This document shows positions 20,081 to 30,820 of a stretch of 64,000 nucleotides of DNA, piece by piece. The translations under genes were made by a program, and so were the position numbers. Numbering within the stretch: position 1 is the first letter of the stretch; every line of letters begins with the position of its first letter. Origin of the DNA: an uncultured Candidatus Cloacimonadota bacterium (GTDB lineage Bacteria; Cloacimonadota; Cloacimonadia; Cloacimonadales; JAJBBL01); assembly GCA_964464175.1 (NCBI GenBank), contig CAYXFD010000006.1, positions 2,893 through 66,892 of the forward strand, given 5' to 3'. The notes under the pieces are model-generated. The model saw only the letters and a list, made by a program, of their open reading frames with translations. It was not told where the DNA came from and did not search any database.

Positions 20081-21427
20081 CTAAAAATAGCGGGCTGCTA
20101 TGTCTGCCAATTTTGAGCGTTCACCTTTGACAAGGGTCACATGACCGACAATGCTCTCTTTTCTTAACTTCTCAACTGACATACTGAGTCCATTGCTCTC
20201 CGAGTCAAGATAGGGAATATCGATCTGATAGGGGTCACCGGTCATTACCAGCTTCGTTTTCTCTCCCGCTCTGGTAATAATGGTTTTCATCTCATGAGGA
20301 GTTAAATTCTGAGCCTCATCAATAATAATATACTGATCGGGTAAACTTCTTCCCCGGATGTAAGTGAGAGGTTCCAGTTCAATAAAACCGTGATCGAGAA
20401 AATCATTAAGGGAAGGTCTTTTTTTATTCAATACCCGGTTGTTAGGATTATCTTCCATTTCATTATGACTATGGATAAGAATCTCCATATTATCATAGAT
20501 CGGCTGCATCCAGGGATCAAATTTCTCCGTTTTGGTACCGGGGAGATAGCCCAAGTCTTTGCCCAAGGGTGAAATAGGTCTTGAAATTACTAATCTGCTG
20601 TAGCGGTTTTCTTCAACTACCTTCTGTAAGCCGGCAGCGATCGCAAGAAGAGTTTTCCCTGTTCCCGCCTTACCGATAAGGGTTACCATCTGAACATCAT
20701 CGTCCAGCAACAGGTCAATAGCCATTGTCTGTTCTTCATTTCTCGCTTTGATGCCGAAAACTAACCCTCCGGTATAATGTTTCAATTCCTGGATACTGTT
20801 GCCTTCATGATAAAAACGGGTTAGCAGTCTCTCCTCCGGATTATCCTTATTAGTAAGCCGGACAAATTGATTGGGGGAAAATCCCTTAACAGGACTATCG
20901 ATCTTCTTTGATTCCTGAAATTCCTTTATAACCGAAGCTTCAACTTCCAGATCGGAATATCCGGTGAAAAGCTCTTCGAAATTTACCCTGTCTGCCTCAA
21001 AATCATTAGCTTCCAATCCCACTGCATCTGCCTTGATCCTGATATTGGCATCTTTGGAGACAAGAATGACTTTCTGATCGGGATTGTTCTTCTGTACGTA
21101 TAGAGCCGTACCGATTATAAGGTTGTCATTTTCGTCCGAAAGCAGTACATCACTGGTCAGAGTTTCGACTTTTTTACTCATTACCACCTGGATGATGGAA
21201 CCATTTTCAATCTTGACTCCATTTTGCAAAGATCCTTCTTTCCGGATTTTATCGAGATAACGGCTGATCTGGCGGGCATTTCTTCCGATCTCATCTACAT
21301 TTTTCTTGAATTTATCTACCTCTTCGATAACCGTCATCGGGATGACAATCCTTTCCCCTTTGAAACTGAACAGGGCATTGGGATCATGCAATAGTACGTT
21401 CGTATCTAAAACAATAGTATTACTCAT
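20081..21427 (-). CDS. PIN-domain + PhoH-like ATPase (YlaK/PhoH2-type)
   Basis: N-terminal PIN (IVLDTNVLLHDP) and C-terminal PhoH with Walker A GKAGTGKT and IIIDEAQN. The ORF reaches a TTG at 21448. The ATG at 21427 with GGAGA upstream is the likelier start. Confidence 0.85.
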   Translation of the reverse strand: MSNTIVLDTNVLLHDPNALFSFKGERIVIPMTVIEEVDKFKKNVDEIGRNARQISRYLDKIRKEGSLQNGVKIENGSIIQVVMSKKVETLTSDVLLSDENDNLIIGTALYVQKNNPDQKVILVSKDANIRIKADAVGLEANDFEADRVNFEELFTGYSDLEVEASVIKEFQESKKIDSPVKGFSPNQFVRLTNKDNPEERLLTRFYHEGNSIQELKHYTGGLVFGIKARNEEQTMAIDLLLDDDVQMVTLIGKAGTGKTLLAIAAGLQKVVEENRYSRLVISRPISPLGKDLGYLPGTKTEKFDPWMQPIYDNMEILIHSHNEMEDNPNNRVLNKKRPSLNDFLDHGFIELEPLTYIRGRSLPDQYIIIDEAQNLTPHEMKTIITRAGEKTKLVMTGDPYQIDIPYLDSESNGLSMSVEKLRKESIVGHVTLVKGERSKLADIAARYF

Positions 21428-21906
21428 ATCTTTGTCTCCATAAACCAAAATACAATAAAGATGACGGCTGTTGCTGTCAATATTTTTGTTAGCAAAATGA
21501 TCTCATCCTCTCCCTTCTGAACAGAGGAATAACAAACCAAAGCGAGCCGGGAAAAATCACTTGCTGTACCTTAGATCTTCTCCTGAGGGTTAACAGTTTT
21601 TGTTTGTGTTTAGCAGCATCATTACCCAGGACTATTAAAGGTAGAAACCAGGGTAAGCAGAGAGTAATAGCACAGTCGGCGTGAACCATCTGAAGTATTT
21701 CTCTCTGATTACGCTCTTGTATCCTCAGGATAAGATGCAGATAGTAATGTGTTTTTTGCTGAAGAGAATGATAAGGTTATGAGTTATCAGCTGAAACCTC
21801 AATGTAGGATAAACAATAATCCTCTTGCCCAACCGGGAGAAAAAAAATCTTTACAAAATATCAGGCGGGGAAAAACTATCCTGATACTAAAAACAAAGGA
21901 GGAAAA

Positions 21907-22176
21907 ATGCCCTTAAGCAGCGAAGCCAAAGAGGCTATCATGGCAGAGTTCAGACTCCATGATTCAGACACCGGTTCACCGGAAGTACAGGTTGCTCTTT
22001 TGACACAGAGAATAAAAGACATAACCGAGCACCTAAAAGTATATAAGAAGGACTTTCATACAAGACGCAGTTTGTTGATCTTGATCGGACAGCGAAAAAG
22101 ACTTTTAGCTTATCTCAGTAATAAAGATATTGAAAGATATCGCAGCTTGATCAAGAGATTAGGTTTAAGAAGATAA
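21907..22176 (+). CDS. rpsO: 30S ribosomal protein uS15
   Basis: 89 aa, containing [35 protein letters not shown]...LAYL. Strong SD AAAGGAGG. Confidence 0.95.
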   Translation: MPLSSEAKEAIMAEFRLHDSDTGSPEVQVALLTQRIKDITEHLKVYKKDFHTRRSLLILIGQRKRLLAYLSNKDIERYRSLIKRLGLRR

Positions 22177-22201
22177 AGGGAACTTTGTTTCCCTTTTTTT
22201 T
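22176..22201 (+). terminator. intrinsic terminator after rpsO
   Basis: AGGGAA (22177-22182) pairs with TTCCCT (22189-22194), followed by T7. Confidence 0.8.
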
Positions 22202-22573
22202 GCCTGGTAACAATTCATTTTGTAACTAAATGTCAAATAAGCATTAAGTAAGGTAGCGGGTGTAAATATTACCACCCGCTGACTATTGTTTTTCTGTAGA
22301 TATGTAGTGATGCAGTTTTCCGATAAGGGTGTAGATTGCGGATGTCTTGCCAATAGACATTCGATGTGAAAGCAGACTCGCTAAAGAGAGTCTTCCCCTT
22401 TCATTATGACGGCTAATCATTGAAGAAACAGTGAAAGAGTATTGATAACGAAATATAGAGCTGATATTGGATCGGCTCTTCAGATATAGAGAAAAGCTCT
22501 ATATAATTAAGAACCGGATCAAAAAAACTGAGATCCGTTCTATGAAGAAATGAGGAGAAAAGAGAAGAAGATT
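22202..22573 (+). promoter_or_regulatory. structured rpsO-pnp intergenic leader
   Basis: ~370 nt non-coding region with hairpins at 22255-22280 (AGCGGGTG/CACCCGCT), 22484-22504 (ATATAGAG/CTCTATAT) and 22511-22540 (GAACCGGATC/GATCCGTTC). A second copy of ATATAGAG at 22453-22460 could pair alternatively. Confidence 0.4.
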
Positions 22574-24934
22574 ATGGAAGAAGTAAGAATTACTAAGAAA
22601 TCTATTGAGTTAGCCGGAAGAACGCTGACAATAGAGACAGGAAGATTAGCCAGACAAGCAAACGGGTCGGTTTTTATGACCTATGGAGATACGTCGGTGT
22701 TAGTTACAGCAACAATGGCAGCCACAGCCTCGGAGGGGTTAGATTTCTTTCCTTTGACTGTTGATTATGCGGAGAAGATGTTTGCTGCCGGTAAGATACC
22801 GGGGGGATTCTTCAAGAGAGAAGCAAAACCTTCAACTCAGGCTACTTTACTCTGCCGGTTGATCGATAGAGCAATAAGACCTTTGTTTCCCGAAGGTTTT
22901 AGGAATCAGGTACATATTGTATTATCGACCTTTTCCTATGATGAAAAGAATGATCCCGGAGTATTGGGAATACTCGGTGCTTCATTAGCCTTAGGGATAT
23001 CAGATATCCCCTTTAACGGGCCATTAGCCGGAGTATCAGTCGGAATGCAGGAAGATGAATTTGTCATTAATCCTCCTCTGGATGAAATGAAAGAGAGCAA
23101 ACTTGACCTCAGTGTAGCCGGTACGGCTTCATCTGTTGTAATGATTGAAGCCGGAGCCTTCGAGATAGCGGAAGAGACAATGATGGAAGCTATCTATTTC
23201 GGTCATGATACTATCAAGGAACTGGTAGATTTTCAACAGGAATTTATAGCAGAATGTGGAAAACAGAAAAAAGAGGTTGCCTTGCAAACTCTTCCTGAAG
23301 ACCTGACTGCTGAGTTAGAGAGGGATTATGGTGCCGCTGTCAATGAGGCTACCAAGATAGCCGGTAAGCTGGAAAGAGCTGCCCGTTTCGAAGAGATAAG
23401 TGCTGAAATGCTCGAAAAATACGAAGCCAAGTTTGATGAAAAAGAGTTTCAGGAAAGAGAGAAACAGTTAAAGAAGATCTTTGATAATCTTGTTAACAAA
23501 TATTTCCGGAATGCTATGATCATAGAGAACCGGAGAGTTGACGGCAGGGGTATGGATGAGATCAGACCAATCCGCTGCGAAATTGACGTACTGCCCAGGG
23601 TGCATGGTTCCGCCGTCTTTACCCGGGGAGAGACCCAATCGATCGGAACGGTAACCCTTGGAACTGCTTCGGATGAACAGATTGTTGACGGCTTGGAAGA
23701 AGAATACAAAAAGCCATTCTATCTTCATTATAATTTCCCCCCCTTCAGCGTCGGAGAAGCTGGATTCTTGAGACCTCCGGGCAGAAGAGAATTGGGACAC
23801 GGTGCGTTGGCGGAGAGAGCTCTTCTCCCGTTAATGCCTGAACCGGAGGTATTCCCTTATACGATCAGGATCGTTTCTGATATCTTAGAGTCGAACGGTT
23901 CTTCTTCAATGGCTACGATCTGCAGCGGCTGTTTAGCATTAATGGCTGCCGGAGTACCGTTGAAAAAGATGGTTGCCGGCATCGCTAATGGTTTGGTGGT
24001 TGAGGAAGATAAAACTATCGTTTTGACAGATATTATCGGGATGGAAGATCATCTTGGTGATATGGATTTCAAAGTTGCCGGTACAGAAGACGGTATCACG
24101 GCAGTACAGATGGATATCAAGGTGGAGGGTATAACCAGAGAAGTTATGTTAGAAGCCCTGACTAAATCGAAAACAGCGCGGCTTCAGATTCTGGAGATCA
24201 TGAAAGAAACTATCTCCGAACCTCGCCAGGAAATGTCAAAATATGCGCCCAGAATTGAAACCTTCAAGGTGGATGTGGATAAGATAGGAACGATCATCGG
24301 TCCCGGTGGAAAGATGATCAAGTCAATCATCGAAGAGACTAAGGTTGGAATCGACATCTCAGATGACGGAACGGTAAATATCAGTTCTGCAGATGGTGAA
24401 GCAATTGAGAAAGCAAAGCAAAAGATCAAGGAACTTACCGACGAACCGGAAATGGGTGGAATCTACCAGGGTGTAGTGAGCCGGGTAGAGCCTTATGGTG
24501 CTTTTGTGAAGTTTATGGGTGGTTTTAAAGAAGGCCTGGTACATGTCTCGCAACTGCATGAAACGAGAATTGAAAGTGCTCAGGACGTTATTAAAGTAGG
24601 TGATACCTTAAACGTCAAATACACCGGTTCCGACAGAGGAAAGATCCAGCTTACGATGAAAGGTGTGCCGGGCAATGAAGCCTTCGCAGCTAATTTGCCC
24701 CCTGCCGGAGAGGGAAGACCTCGCAGCAGTTATGGTGAAGGGAGATCGAATGATCGTCCCCGCAGTTATGACCGTGACCGTGGAGGGAGATCAAATGACA
24801 GATCACGAGGCAGTTATGGCGGCGGTGACAGATCCCGTTCCTTTGACAGGGACAGGAAAGATCGCGGTCCACGTTCAGGAAGACCAAGTAGTGAAAGACG
24901 GGATTATCCGAAAAAGAACTATGAGGATCGTTAA
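22574..24934 (+). CDS. pnp: polyribonucleotide nucleotidyltransferase (PNPase) with Arg/Ser/Asp-rich C-terminal tail
   Basis: Two RNase PH domains (FTRGETQ, GSSSMA, MDFKVAGT), a KH domain (GPGGKMIK) and an S1 domain (GVVSRVEPYGAFVKF). The ORF opens at 22550. The ATG at 22574 (MEEVRITKK) follows a purine-rich SD. Confidence 0.95.
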   Translation: MEEVRITKKSIELAGRTLTIETGRLARQANGSVFMTYGDTSVLVTATMAATASEGLDFFPLTVDYAEKMFAAGKIPGGFFKREAKPSTQATLLCRLIDRAIRPLFPEGFRNQVHIVLSTFSYDEKNDPGVLGILGASLALGISDIPFNGPLAGVSVGMQEDEFVINPPLDEMKESKLDLSVAGTASSVVMIEAGAFEIAEETMMEAIYFGHDTIKELVDFQQEFIAECGKQKKEVALQTLPEDLTAELERDYGAAVNEATKIAGKLERAARFEEISAEMLEKYEAKFDEKEFQEREKQLKKIFDNLVNKYFRNAMIIENRRVDGRGMDEIRPIRCEIDVLPRVHGSAVFTRGETQSIGTVTLGTASDEQIVDGLEEEYKKPFYLHYNFPPFSVGEAGFLRPPGRRELGHGALAERALLPLMPEPEVFPYTIRIVSDILESNGSSSMATICSGCLALMAAGVPLKKMVAGIANGLVVEEDKTIVLTDIIGMEDHLGDMDFKVAGTEDGITAVQMDIKVEGITREVMLEALTKSKTARLQILEIMKETISEPRQEMSKYAPRIETFKVDVDKIGTIIGPGGKMIKSIIEETKVGIDISDDGTVNISSADGEAIEKAKQKIKELTDEPEMGGIYQGVVSRVEPYGAFVKFMGGFKEGLVHVSQLHETRIESAQDVIKVGDTLNVKYTGSDRGKIQLTMKGVPGNEAFAANLPPAGEGRPRSSYGEGRSNDRPRSYDRDRGGRSNDRSRGSYGGGDRSRSFDRDRKDRGPRSGRPSSERRDYPKKNYEDR

Positions 24935-24963
24935 CCGGACGATTGTTTAGCTTAACAAATATT

Positions 24964-24990
24964 AAGGACAGGCATTAGTCTGTCCTTTTT
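24964..24990 (+). terminator. intrinsic terminator after pnp
   Basis: AAGGACAG (24964-24971) pairs with CTGTCCTT (24980-24987), followed by a T-run. Confidence 0.8.
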
Positions 24991-25125
24991 ATTGATAGAC
25001 CGGAGAGCATTACATCCAGATGGAGCCGGAGATTATAGATGTCAGATATCCCGGAGGAGAGGCCAAATAGGCCAATAAGCGATCAAACAAGAGATTAACA
25101 ACTGAAAATAGTGAGAATAAAAAAA

Positions 25126-26532
25126 ATGGATTACAAAATTAAAGACCTTGGTTTAGCTCAATACGGAAGAAAGGAGATCAATCTGGCTGAAGTTGAGATG
25201 CCGGGATTGATGGCTTTAAGAGAGAAGTATGAGGAAAGCAAACCTTTTGCCGGTACAAGAATTACCGGAAGCCTTCATATGACTATCCAGACGGCGGTTT
25301 TGATAGAGACCTTGCTTGCCTTAGGGGCTCAGGTTCGCTGGGCAAGCTGTAATATCTATTCGACCCAGGATCAGGCAGCTGCCGCTATGGTTGAAAAGGG
25401 TGTTCCGGTCTTTGCCTGGAAAGGGGAGACTTTAACAGAGTATTGGTGGTGTACGAAGCAAGCGCTTATTTTCCCGGACGGTAAAGGTCCTGATTTGATA
25501 ATTGATGACGGTGGTGATGCAACATTACTGGTACACTCAGGTTATCAGCTGGAATCAGAATATCAAAAATCAGGAGAACTACCGCAGGAGAATACTGAGG
25601 AAAGAGAAAAGATGATCCTTCATAAGCTTCTTCTGGAAGAGCTGGAGGCTAAACCTAATCTCTGGCATGAAATTGCTGCCGGGATCAGGGGGGTGAGTGA
25701 AGAGACAACCACCGGAGTTAACAGGCTTTATCGAATGGCTAAAGAGAAATCTCTATTATTCCCGGCGATAAATGTTAACGATTCTGTTACCAAATCAAAA
25801 TTCGACAATCTCTACGGCTGCCGGGAATCTTTAGCAGACGGGATCAAAAGGGGAACTGATATTATGGTCGCCGGTAAAGTTGTCGTAGTTTGCGGTTATG
25901 GCGACGTCGGAAAGGGATGTGCTCAATCAATGCGGGGTTTCGGAGCGAGAGTAATTGTTACTGAGATCGATCCGATCTGTGCCTTACAGGCTGCGATGGA
26001 GGGTTACGAAGTCAGAACCCTTGATGAGGTGGTAGCAGCAGCTGATATAGTAGTTACTGCAACGGGAAACTGTGATGTAGTTACCGTTGAGCAGATACTG
26101 CTGATGAAGAATAATGCAATTGTTTGTAATATCGGGCATTTCGATAATGAAATTGAAGTCGATAAACTCTATGCTCTGCCGGGAGTGAAAAAAGAGAATA
26201 TCAAACCTCAGGTTGATCTAATCCATTTACCTAACGGTAAGGCAATTATTCTTCTCTCGGAGGGAAGATTAGTTAACCTCGGTAATGCTACCGGACACCC
26301 CTCTTTTGTAATGAGTAACTCCTTTACAAATCAGGTTCTTGCCCAGATCGAGCTGCTTCAGAAAAACTATGAGGTAGGGGTCTATACTCTACCTAAACTA
26401 CTCGACGAAGAAGTCGCCCGCTTACATCTGGAGAAGACCGGAATATCTTTGACCCGGTTGAATGAAAAACAGGCAGCTTATATTGGAGTATCACCCGCTG
26501 GTCCCTATAAACCGGATCATTATCGTTACTAA
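25126..26532 (+). CDS. ahcY: adenosylhomocysteinase
   Basis: Begins [18 protein letters not shown], with DDGGDATLL, the NAD site [10 protein letters not shown] and the C-terminal tail YKPDHYRY. The ORF track starts at a GTG at 25111. Confidence 0.95.
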   Translation: MDYKIKDLGLAQYGRKEINLAEVEMPGLMALREKYEESKPFAGTRITGSLHMTIQTAVLIETLLALGAQVRWASCNIYSTQDQAAAAMVEKGVPVFAWKGETLTEYWWCTKQALIFPDGKGPDLIIDDGGDATLLVHSGYQLESEYQKSGELPQENTEEREKMILHKLLLEELEAKPNLWHEIAAGIRGVSEETTTGVNRLYRMAKEKSLLFPAINVNDSVTKSKFDNLYGCRESLADGIKRGTDIMVAGKVVVVCGYGDVGKGCAQSMRGFGARVIVTEIDPICALQAAMEGYEVRTLDEVVAAADIVVTATGNCDVVTVEQILLMKNNAIVCNIGHFDNEIEVDKLYALPGVKKENIKPQVDLIHLPNGKAIILLSEGRLVNLGNATGHPSFVMSNSFTNQVLAQIELLQKNYEVGVYTLPKLLDEEVARLHLEKTGISLTRLNEKQAAYIGVSPAGPYKPDHYRY

Positions 26533-26717
26533 ACAATCTCAGGGTCTAATCACTGGTAAGGACTGGAAACCTTTCCAGGGTGCCGGTTAACAGGTTTTTA
26601 AAATCCGGAAAGGAAAAAGAGAAGTAATTGATTGGATACTCGTTATAAAAGCGGGATTTTCCTCCGGAGAGAGATAAGAAGTTGAAATAAAACATAGAAT
26701 TGAAGGAGAAATAGTTA

Positions 26718-28016
26718 ATGACATTGTTAGAAAAAATTGAAAACAGAAAAGCACTGGTAGCAGTTGTGGGATTAGGTTATGTCGGACTACCAATGGCCGT
26801 AACAGTAGCAAGGAATGGTTATCAGGTATTAGGTTTCGATATCCAGCAGAAAAGGGCGGATCAAGTCAACCGGGGTGAGAACTATATCGGTGATGTCGAT
26901 TCGGATGAGTTTCAACAATTGGTGAATAAAGGACTCATAAAGGCTACGACCGACTATTCACTCATCAAGGAGATGGATGTAATTATGGTTGCTGTTCCGA
27001 CACCTTTGGACAAGTACAAGCAGCCTGACTCATCTTATGTCGAATCTTCAACTAAATCAATTGCCCAGTACATAAAGAAAGATACTCTATTGGTTCTGGA
27101 GAGTACAACCTATCCCGGAACGACCAGAGAGATCGTTACTCCTGAAATTGAAAAACGGGGTTTGGTTGTCGGTAAAGACGTCTATATTGCCTTCTCACCC
27201 GAAAGAGTAGATCCCGGTAATAAAGACTATAAAACAGACAATACTCCCAAAGTGGTCGGCGGTATGACAGCTGAATGTAATCGGATCTCCGAAGTTTTCT
27301 ATAATTCGGTGTTAAAAGCTCCGGTCTTCATTGTTTCCTCTCCTGAAGTTGCCGAGATGGAGAAGATCTATGAGAATACTTTCCGCAACATAAACATAGC
27401 GCTGGCAAATGAAATGACCATTCTCTGTGAAAAGATGGGTATTGATATCTGGGAAGTCATCGAAGCCGCGAGTACAAAACCCTACGGCTTTATGGCGTTC
27501 TATCCCGGACCTGGTATTGGCGGGCATTGTATCCCTCTCGATCCTTTCTATCTAACCTGGAAAGCAAGAGAGTTTAACTATCACACCCGCTTGATAGAAC
27601 TTGCCGGAGAGATTAATAACTCCATGCCCGATTTTGTTGTCGGGAAAGCAATGTCAATTCTGAATAGAAAAGGTTTAGCTATCTCAAAAGCTAAAATACT
27701 TCTGATTGGAGCTGCCTATAAGAAAGATATCGATGATCTAAGAGAATCACCGATTCAGATGCTTATTGATCTGCTGGAGAAAAACGGGTGTAGTCCTGAT
27801 TATAACGATCCTTATATTCCTGACTTCGTTAATGAGATCAATCATAAAGAGTATAGATCTGTTTCTTTGGACGACCTGAGTCAATATGATCTGGTAATCA
27901 TCATAACCGATCATTCAATCTATGATTATGATGATATAGTCGCTAAATCCAAGCTGATATTAGATACCAGGTTAGCGACAAAAGGAATGAAAGACGAGAA
28001 GATAATCCGTCTTTAA
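26718..28016 (+). CDS. UDP-N-acetyl-hexosamine 6-dehydrogenase (WbpA/TviB-like nucleotide-sugar dehydrogenase)
   Basis: 432 aa with Rossmann motif VGLGYVGLP and catalytic Cys motif GPGIGGHCIPLDPFYLTWKA, which is typical of the WbpA/TviB branch. SD AAGGAGA. Confidence 0.85.
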   Translation: MTLLEKIENRKALVAVVGLGYVGLPMAVTVARNGYQVLGFDIQQKRADQVNRGENYIGDVDSDEFQQLVNKGLIKATTDYSLIKEMDVIMVAVPTPLDKYKQPDSSYVESSTKSIAQYIKKDTLLVLESTTYPGTTREIVTPEIEKRGLVVGKDVYIAFSPERVDPGNKDYKTDNTPKVVGGMTAECNRISEVFYNSVLKAPVFIVSSPEVAEMEKIYENTFRNINIALANEMTILCEKMGIDIWEVIEAASTKPYGFMAFYPGPGIGGHCIPLDPFYLTWKAREFNYHTRLIELAGEINNSMPDFVVGKAMSILNRKGLAISKAKILLIGAAYKKDIDDLRESPIQMLIDLLEKNGCSPDYNDPYIPDFVNEINHKEYRSVSLDDLSQYDLVIIITDHSIYDYDDIVAKSKLILDTRLATKGMKDEKIIRL

Positions 28017-28200
28017 AGAACAGTAAGGCATTGTTATCCGTTTCAGAAGCAAAAAAAAAAGAAGTACTGACACATGAGCAATCTTCGAATAGGAAGAAGA
28101 GAGAAAAGCCGGGACTTTGAAGCTCTCTCTCTTTGTTTCAATAATGGGGTTTTAATACTGATCCCTGCAATGTAGATTTAGCTTCAGAGGGAGAAAGACT

Positions 28201-28758
28201 TTGAAAGAAACTGAGAACGGTTTTACTGAATTGTTTGGTGGTTTGGTTCCGGGTTCAGAGAAATCACATTGGTATGTGATCTACACCAAACCGAGAAGAG
28301 AAAAAAAATTAGCTGAATATGCCTTTAAGAACAATATTCACTACTATCTCCCCTTGGTTGATAGTATCAAATTCTACGAGAGGAAAAAAGTAGTTTATAC
28401 AAAGCCGATGTTTACCAGCTACTTATTCGTAAAAGCAGATCCCTGGGAAAAACAGCAGCTTTGTATCTCCGGGCACACAGTATCATTCCTCAATGTCAAA
28501 GATGAGCAGAGTTTTCTGGAAGAGCTGCGGTACATTTACCATGTCAGAACAAAAAATGTCGAGATCACCCCTCATCATTACCTGGAAAAGGGGACGAAAG
28601 TCAGATTTACAGGCGGACCTTTAAAAGGGGTCAGCGGGTTAGTAGCGGACAGCACTAATATCAAAAAGGTCATTCTTCAGGTTAATATCCTTAAACGGGC
28701 AATTTCCGTGACTGCAGAAAGCAATCAATTGGAGATAATCAATGATCATGATCTGTAA
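28201..28758 (+). CDS. UpxY-family (NusG/RfaH paralog) transcription antiterminator
   Basis: 185 aa. NGN domain WYVIYTKPRREKKLAEY...YLPL...PMFTSYLFVKAD, plus KOW (GTKVRFTGGPLKGVSGLV). TTG start preceded by GGGAGA. Confidence 0.7.
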   Translation: MKETENGFTELFGGLVPGSEKSHWYVIYTKPRREKKLAEYAFKNNIHYYLPLVDSIKFYERKKVVYTKPMFTSYLFVKADPWEKQQLCISGHTVSFLNVKDEQSFLEELRYIYHVRTKNVEITPHHYLEKGTKVRFTGGPLKGVSGLVADSTNIKKVILQVNILKRAISVTAESNQLEIINDHDL

Positions 28759-28898
28759 ACAGGGCTGGAATACTGGAAAGAGAAGTCGAGTATCTAATAC
28801 TCCAACAGCAACTCTTTTAGTCTTCCGGATATCTTTCATGACAGAGAAACTGAAAGTTTGATCTGTCTCACATTATTTTATCAAAAGGAGTGTGATAT

Positions 28899-29876
28899 AT
28901 GGCTGTAATTGACTTAGAGCAAAGAGCCAAAAGTTTCCTTGATAACCGAAAGCGAAATATTATGGTTATTCTTCTTATTGTCGGTCTTTTGGTTATCATC
29001 GGAACCGGTCTCTATACCGTGGATCCCGAAGAAGTAGGAGTTATTCAAAGATTTGGTAAATATGTCCATACTACTGAACCGGGGCTCCGCTTTAAGATAC
29101 CTTTTGGGGTCGATAAGCTAACCAAGGTGAAAGTAAAGTATGTCTTCAAGGAGGAGTTCGGATTCCGTACTTTGGAAGTCGGTCAAAGCGCAACCCGGTA
29201 TTCGCAAAGAGACTTTTCGGGTGAATCTCAGATGCTGACCGGAGATCTAAACATCGCAGATGTAGAATGGATAATTCAATATCAAATAAATGACCCGATA
29301 AAGTATCTCTTCAATGTCCGCGATGTAGAGGGGACTTTGAGGAACTTAGCAGAATCATCAATGAGACAGGTAGTCGGGGATCATAGTGTCGATGAAGTAA
29401 TCGTCCTGACCCGTCAGGAAATTGCTTTCCAAACAAAACTAATCCTGCAGCAACATCTTGAAGATTATCAGACCGGTTTGGTCATCAGAAACGTCAACTT
29501 GCAGAATGTAACTCCTCCTCTTCCGGTGCAACCGGCTTTTAATGAAGTAAATGCTGCTTTGCAGGAAGAAGAAAGGATTGTTAACGAAGCACGACAGAAA
29601 TATAATCAGGTCATTCCGGAAGCGAGAGGAAAAGCCCTGCAGATAATCGAACAAGCTGAAGGCTATGCGGTCAACCGGGTTAACAGAGCAACCGGAGATG
29701 CCAATCGTTTTGTTGATGTCTGGTCTGAATACAACAGGGCAAAGACCGTAACCAAGAAACGGCTTTACCTTGAAACAATGGAAGAGGTTCTTCAGAAGAT
29801 TGAGAAGATCTATATTGTTGACGAAGATCAATCGGGGATACTTCCTCTTCTTGATTTAGAGAAAGGGGGTAGCTAA
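28899..29876 (+). CDS. hflK: FtsH protease modulator HflK (SPFH family)
   Basis: 325 aa with an N-terminal TM and SPFH core (VDPEEVGVIQRFGKYVHTTEPGLRFKIPFGVD). Coupled to hflC by a 1-nt overlap. Confidence 0.85.
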   Translation: MAVIDLEQRAKSFLDNRKRNIMVILLIVGLLVIIGTGLYTVDPEEVGVIQRFGKYVHTTEPGLRFKIPFGVDKLTKVKVKYVFKEEFGFRTLEVGQSATRYSQRDFSGESQMLTGDLNIADVEWIIQYQINDPIKYLFNVRDVEGTLRNLAESSMRQVVGDHSVDEVIVLTRQEIAFQTKLILQQHLEDYQTGLVIRNVNLQNVTPPLPVQPAFNEVNAALQEEERIVNEARQKYNQVIPEARGKALQIIEQAEGYAVNRVNRATGDANRFVDVWSEYNRAKTVTKKRLYLETMEEVLQKIEKIYIVDEDQSGILPLLDLEKGGS

Positions 29877-30808
29877 TGAAACAGACATTATTGATTATCC
29901 TTGGTGTCATCTTACTCATTGTGCTCGTAAATGCTTTCTACATTATCGATGAAACAGAACAAGCAATTATCACCCAGTTTGGTGAACCGATCGGAGGGGC
30001 TAGGACCGAAGCGGGTATCTTCCTGAAGACACCTTTTATTCAAAAAGTTCATTATCTTGAGAAAAGGATTCTCAAATGGGACGGAGAACAAAACCAGATT
30101 CCCACTCAGGATAAGAAGTTTATCTGGGTTGATACATTTGCCCGCTGGCGTATAGTAGATCCCCTTTTATTCTATCAGTCAGTACGCTCAGAGATCTTTG
30201 CCCAGAGTCGTCTTGATGATATTATTGATGGTGTAACCCGGGATATTATCACCCTTAATACTCTGATAGAGATAGTCCGTGATACTGATCGTGAACTATC
30301 TTTTGCTATTGATTTTGAAGCTGATTACTATGAGGAGATTCAATCAGAGATTAAGGTAGGGAGAAGAGCTATAGCAGATTCCATCTTTTCTGTAGCCAAG
30401 CCCTTGATCGAGCAGTTCGGGATAGAACTGATAGATGTTCAGGTCAAAAGGGTCAACTATATCGAAGATGTGAGAAAACAGGTCTATGACAGAATGAGTT
30501 CCGAACGGAAAAAGATTGCCGACCGGTACCGTTCAAGCGGACACGGCAGGGCAGCTGAGATCATCGGAAGAATGGAAAGAGAATTACAGCAGATAGAATC
30601 GGAAGCATACAGAACCTCGCAGGAGATCATGGGCAGGGCAGATGCTGAAGCTACCGGCATCTATGCTTCTGCCTATAATCGTGATCCGGGATTTTTTGAG
30701 TTTATGAGAACGCTGGAAGCTTATAAGAGAACGATCAATGATCAGAATATCATGATCATGACGACCGATAGTGATTTCTATAAATTGATGAAAAAAAGTG
30801 GTAATTAA
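29876..30808 (+). CDS. hflC: FtsH protease modulator HflC (SPFH family)
   Basis: 310 aa with an N-terminal TM and FYIIDETEQAIITQFGEPIGGARTEAGIFLKTPFIQKV. Confidence 0.85.
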   Translation: MKQTLLIILGVILLIVLVNAFYIIDETEQAIITQFGEPIGGARTEAGIFLKTPFIQKVHYLEKRILKWDGEQNQIPTQDKKFIWVDTFARWRIVDPLLFYQSVRSEIFAQSRLDDIIDGVTRDIITLNTLIEIVRDTDRELSFAIDFEADYYEEIQSEIKVGRRAIADSIFSVAKPLIEQFGIELIDVQVKRVNYIEDVRKQVYDRMSSERKKIADRYRSSGHGRAAEIIGRMERELQQIESEAYRTSQEIMGRADAEATGIYASAYNRDPGFFEFMRTLEAYKRTINDQNIMIMTTDSDFYKLMKKSGN

Positions 30809-30820
30809 CGAGGTAGATTG

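Noticed and set aside
21489-21689. 66-aa minus-strand ORF in the phoH-rpsO divergent region.
   Set aside because: It has no RBS and a Cys/Leu/Phe-rich sequence with no recognisable features. The region more likely holds the divergent promoters.
24991-25125. Possible SAH riboswitch upstream of ahcY.
   Set aside because: I cannot find the conserved SAH-riboswitch core (GAGGAGCGCUGC ... CAGGCUCGG ... GCGCUCA) or a matching pseudoknot. Only a generic GGAGGAGAGGCC stretch is present.
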